Assembly (NCBI GenBank): GCA_043767805.1 | Contig: JAYUGC010000112.1 | Coordinates: forward strand, 1-28,631 | DNA length: 28,631 nt | From: Pseudomonadota bacterium | GTDB lineage: Bacteria > Bdellovibrionota > FAC87 > UBA2466 | Direction of reading: 5' to 3' | Program-made: the position numbers and the translations under genes | Shown: in pieces, positions 26,708 through 28,631 of the stretch | Layout: each line of letters begins with the position of its first letter | How positions within the stretch are numbered: the stretch's first letter is position 1 | The notes under the pieces: model-generated | Database searches by the model: none | Told to the model about the DNA's origin: nothing | Seen by the model: only the letters and a program-made list of their open reading frames with translations

Positions 26708-26812
26708 AAGGTGTGTGGATACTTTTAGCCAATCAAAACGTAGGCCAGCGTCAGCTGAAAGGTAGCCAGGTACCCTTTGGCTAAAAGTATCCACACACCT
26801 TTTGGACGGTGG
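26697..26812. repeat. REPIN/MITE-like element: 36-bp inverted repeats (1 mismatch) around a 44-nt spacer
   Basis: ccaccgtctaaaaggtgtgtggatacttttagccaa (26697-26732) versus ttggctaaaagtatccacacaccttttggacggtgg (26777-26812). Inner palindrome aaaggtagccaggtacccttt (26758-26778). Confidence 0.85.
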
Positions 26813-26824
26813 TAAGGTTTGGGC

Positions 26825-28261
26825 ATGGGGGGCCGTAGGCGGAGTTTTTATTTGGGAGTTTCGCTTGCCGGCTTCTGCGCGCTCGTCTTTTTTTCGACGC
26901 TGCAATTTGGCTTCGTGACGGGCGATGACGCTTCCCATGTCACGCAAAATCCCGTGCTCCGCGGCTCACTGCGCGATCTTTGGCTCGCCCCCTTTCAAGT
27001 GCCGGGTCTCTACATGCCGACGACTTACACCGTCTGGTGGGCCGCCGCGCGCGCGAGCCTCGAGACTACCGGCCGACTGCACCCCACGTGGTTTCACGCT
27101 CTCAATTGGCTGCTGCATTCCGTGAACGTGGGCCTCGCCTTTCTCTGCTTTCGCCGCGCAGGCCTTGCCGCGTGTGGCGCGGCTCTCGCGGCCTTGGTCT
27201 TCGGGCTCCATCCCATTCAGGTGGAGGCCGTCGCCTGGGTGACGGCCCTGAAAGACGTCCTCACGGGAACCTTCGTGTTACTGACCATCCTTCTCTCTTT
27301 CGAAGAGAAATGGAAATCGGCGACACTCACTTTCGCGCTCGCCTTACTCGCCAAACCGGTGGGCGCGGTGACCCCTCTTATCGTCGGTCTGTTTCTTTGG
27401 GTGGGCGGACGCTTCACGAAGGAAAAAACAGTTTGGCTCTCGGGCTGGCTTGTGGCTTCCGGCGCGGTTCTTCTCTGGACGAAGTCCCTCCAACCCGGTC
27501 CCACCTTTAGTTGGCTCGAGCGCGGCCGCATCGCCATCGACGCCTTGACCGCCTCGGCGGCAAAAACCGTGGTGCCCGTCGGACTGACTCTGAACTACGG
27601 CCGCTCGCCCGCTTCGGTCTTGGCGCACTCTTCCTGGATCGCGCTCGCCGCCCTTTTCGTCGCGGGGGCCCTTCTCTGGCGATGGCGCTCGAAAACCTGG
27701 CCGGTCGCCGCGGCCGCTCTCTTTCTAGTGCCCTGGCTCCCCGTTTCGGGAGTCGTTTCGTTTTTTCATCAAATGTACTCGACCACGGCCGATCGATTTT
27801 TGTACTTGAGTCTCCTCGGTCCCGCTCTCGCCTTGGGTCACATTCTCGAGCGAAAAAAGATTGCCGGCGGCCTAGTCGCCCTGGTTCTCACCGGCCTCAC
27901 CCTCAAACAGATTCCGTATTGGCGAAGTGACGCCACTCTCTACGGTAGGATGGCGGCCGTTAGTCCCTCCGCCGACAATCTCTACCGCTATGCCATGGCC
28001 CTCATCGAATCAGGCCGGCAGCCGGAAGCCATTACTCCGCTCCGGGATGCCACGCAGCTTGCGCCGAATGATCCTCGCTACGCGAACAACCTGGCGCTGG
28101 TCTTGGCCGAGGAAGGAAAGCTCGAGGAAGCGGAAGCCGAGCTCAGAAAAGCGCTCGAGTTTATCCCCGACTCCCCCACGCTAAAGGCGAACCTAGACGT
28201 ATTGGAGCGGCGCCGAGCCGCTACCAGCTCACCGCTTCGCGGTGGCCGCGGGGGTGGTTAA
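26825..28261 (+). CDS. TMTC-like GT-C membrane protein (putative O-mannosyltransferase) with C-terminal TPRs
   Basis: FVTGDD...QNP, FHALNWLLHSVN, FGLHPIQVEAVAWV, ALLAKP, ADRFLYL and YWRSDATLY, followed by TPR helices (YANNLALVLAEEGKLEEA). Confidence 0.88.
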   Translation: MGGRRRSFYLGVSLAGFCALVFFSTLQFGFVTGDDASHVTQNPVLRGSLRDLWLAPFQVPGLYMPTTYTVWWAAARASLETTGRLHPTWFHALNWLLHSVNVGLAFLCFRRAGLAACGAALAALVFGLHPIQVEAVAWVTALKDVLTGTFVLLTILLSFEEKWKSATLTFALALLAKPVGAVTPLIVGLFLWVGGRFTKEKTVWLSGWLVASGAVLLWTKSLQPGPTFSWLERGRIAIDALTASAAKTVVPVGLTLNYGRSPASVLAHSSWIALAALFVAGALLWRWRSKTWPVAAAALFLVPWLPVSGVVSFFHQMYSTTADRFLYLSLLGPALALGHILERKKIAGGLVALVLTGLTLKQIPYWRSDATLYGRMAAVSPSADNLYRYAMALIESGRQPEAITPLRDATQLAPNDPRYANNLALVLAEEGKLEEAEAELRKALEFIPDSPTLKANLDVLERRRAATSSPLRGGRGGG

Positions 28262-28630
28262 GCACTTGTACGTCTCGTCCCACTTGAAGTGATTCCAGTC
28301 CCACTTTTTGTCGATGAACGTGCAGGTCAGTCCGGCGTCGCATTTACGGGGGCCGAACCAAGTCATGAATCCGCCCATCTCGTTCGTACAGTAACCACCC
28401 TTACGGATGCGGTCCTCACAACGGCGGAAATAGTAAACCTTGTCCTTGCCATCGATCTTGCGGGACTCGCTCTTCACGATGCAACGGCCGTTGTAGCGAA
28501 TGTCGTTCGTATAGCAGCTGTCGTCCGTCGTGCACGTCTCGTCTTGGATGGTGAAGGTCGTCTCGTTCTTCGCGCGCTGGAGCGTCTGGTCCATCATCTC
28601 TTTCATGCTCTTGCCTTCGATGCCGCCCGT
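28229..28630 (-). CDS. C-terminal part of a Cys-rich (Dickkopf/colipase-like pattern) protein; 5' end outside the window
   Basis: The frame stays open to the window edge (TGGIEGKSMKEMM...). CTTDDSC...GRC...RRC...GGYC...KCDAGLTC...KC contains 8 Cys. Confidence 0.7.
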   Translation of the reverse strand, partial: TGGIEGKSMKEMMDQTLQRAKNETTFTIQDETCTTDDSCYTNDIRYNGRCIVKSESRKIDGKDKVYYFRRCEDRIRKGGYCTNEMGGFMTWFGPRKCDAGLTCTFIDKKWDWNHFKWDETYKCLTTPAATAKR

Positions 28631-28631
28631 G

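Noticed and set aside
26697..26812. CRISPR array or IS ends
   Set aside because: The repeats are inverted rather than direct, there are only two, there is no cas or transposase gene, and no clear target-site duplication.

Overview
GC-rich (roughly 60% by eye) bacterial chromosomal segment with about 20 genes and no rRNA, tRNA, CRISPR array or transposase that I can see. Housekeeping and envelope genes (ampG, SGNH-like protein, GT2, YfhO, redoxin, DDAH, BI-1/YccA, dbpA, M28 peptidase, TMTC-like GT-C) are interleaved with many orphan secreted proteins and lipoproteins. This style suggests a Bdellovibrionota/Myxococcota-like organism (inference only). The most unusual part is the co-oriented minus-strand block 10005-17416. 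It holds a small secreted protein, then an apparently signal-peptide-bearing DnaG-type TOPRIM primase that lacks the zinc-finger and helicase-binding domains and ends in a degenerate restriction-endonuclease-like domain, then a ~1430-aa secreted protein made of two tandem permuted papain-like (YiiX/YaeF-type) amidase modules. Four orphan secreted-protein genes carry sigma-54-type -24/-12 motifs, while six housekeeping genes look leaderless (-10 hexamer 5-8 nt before the start codon). A REP/REPIN-like palindrome family occurs at ~3.0 kb and ~26.7 kb. All family calls come from motif recognition by eye; no searches were run.
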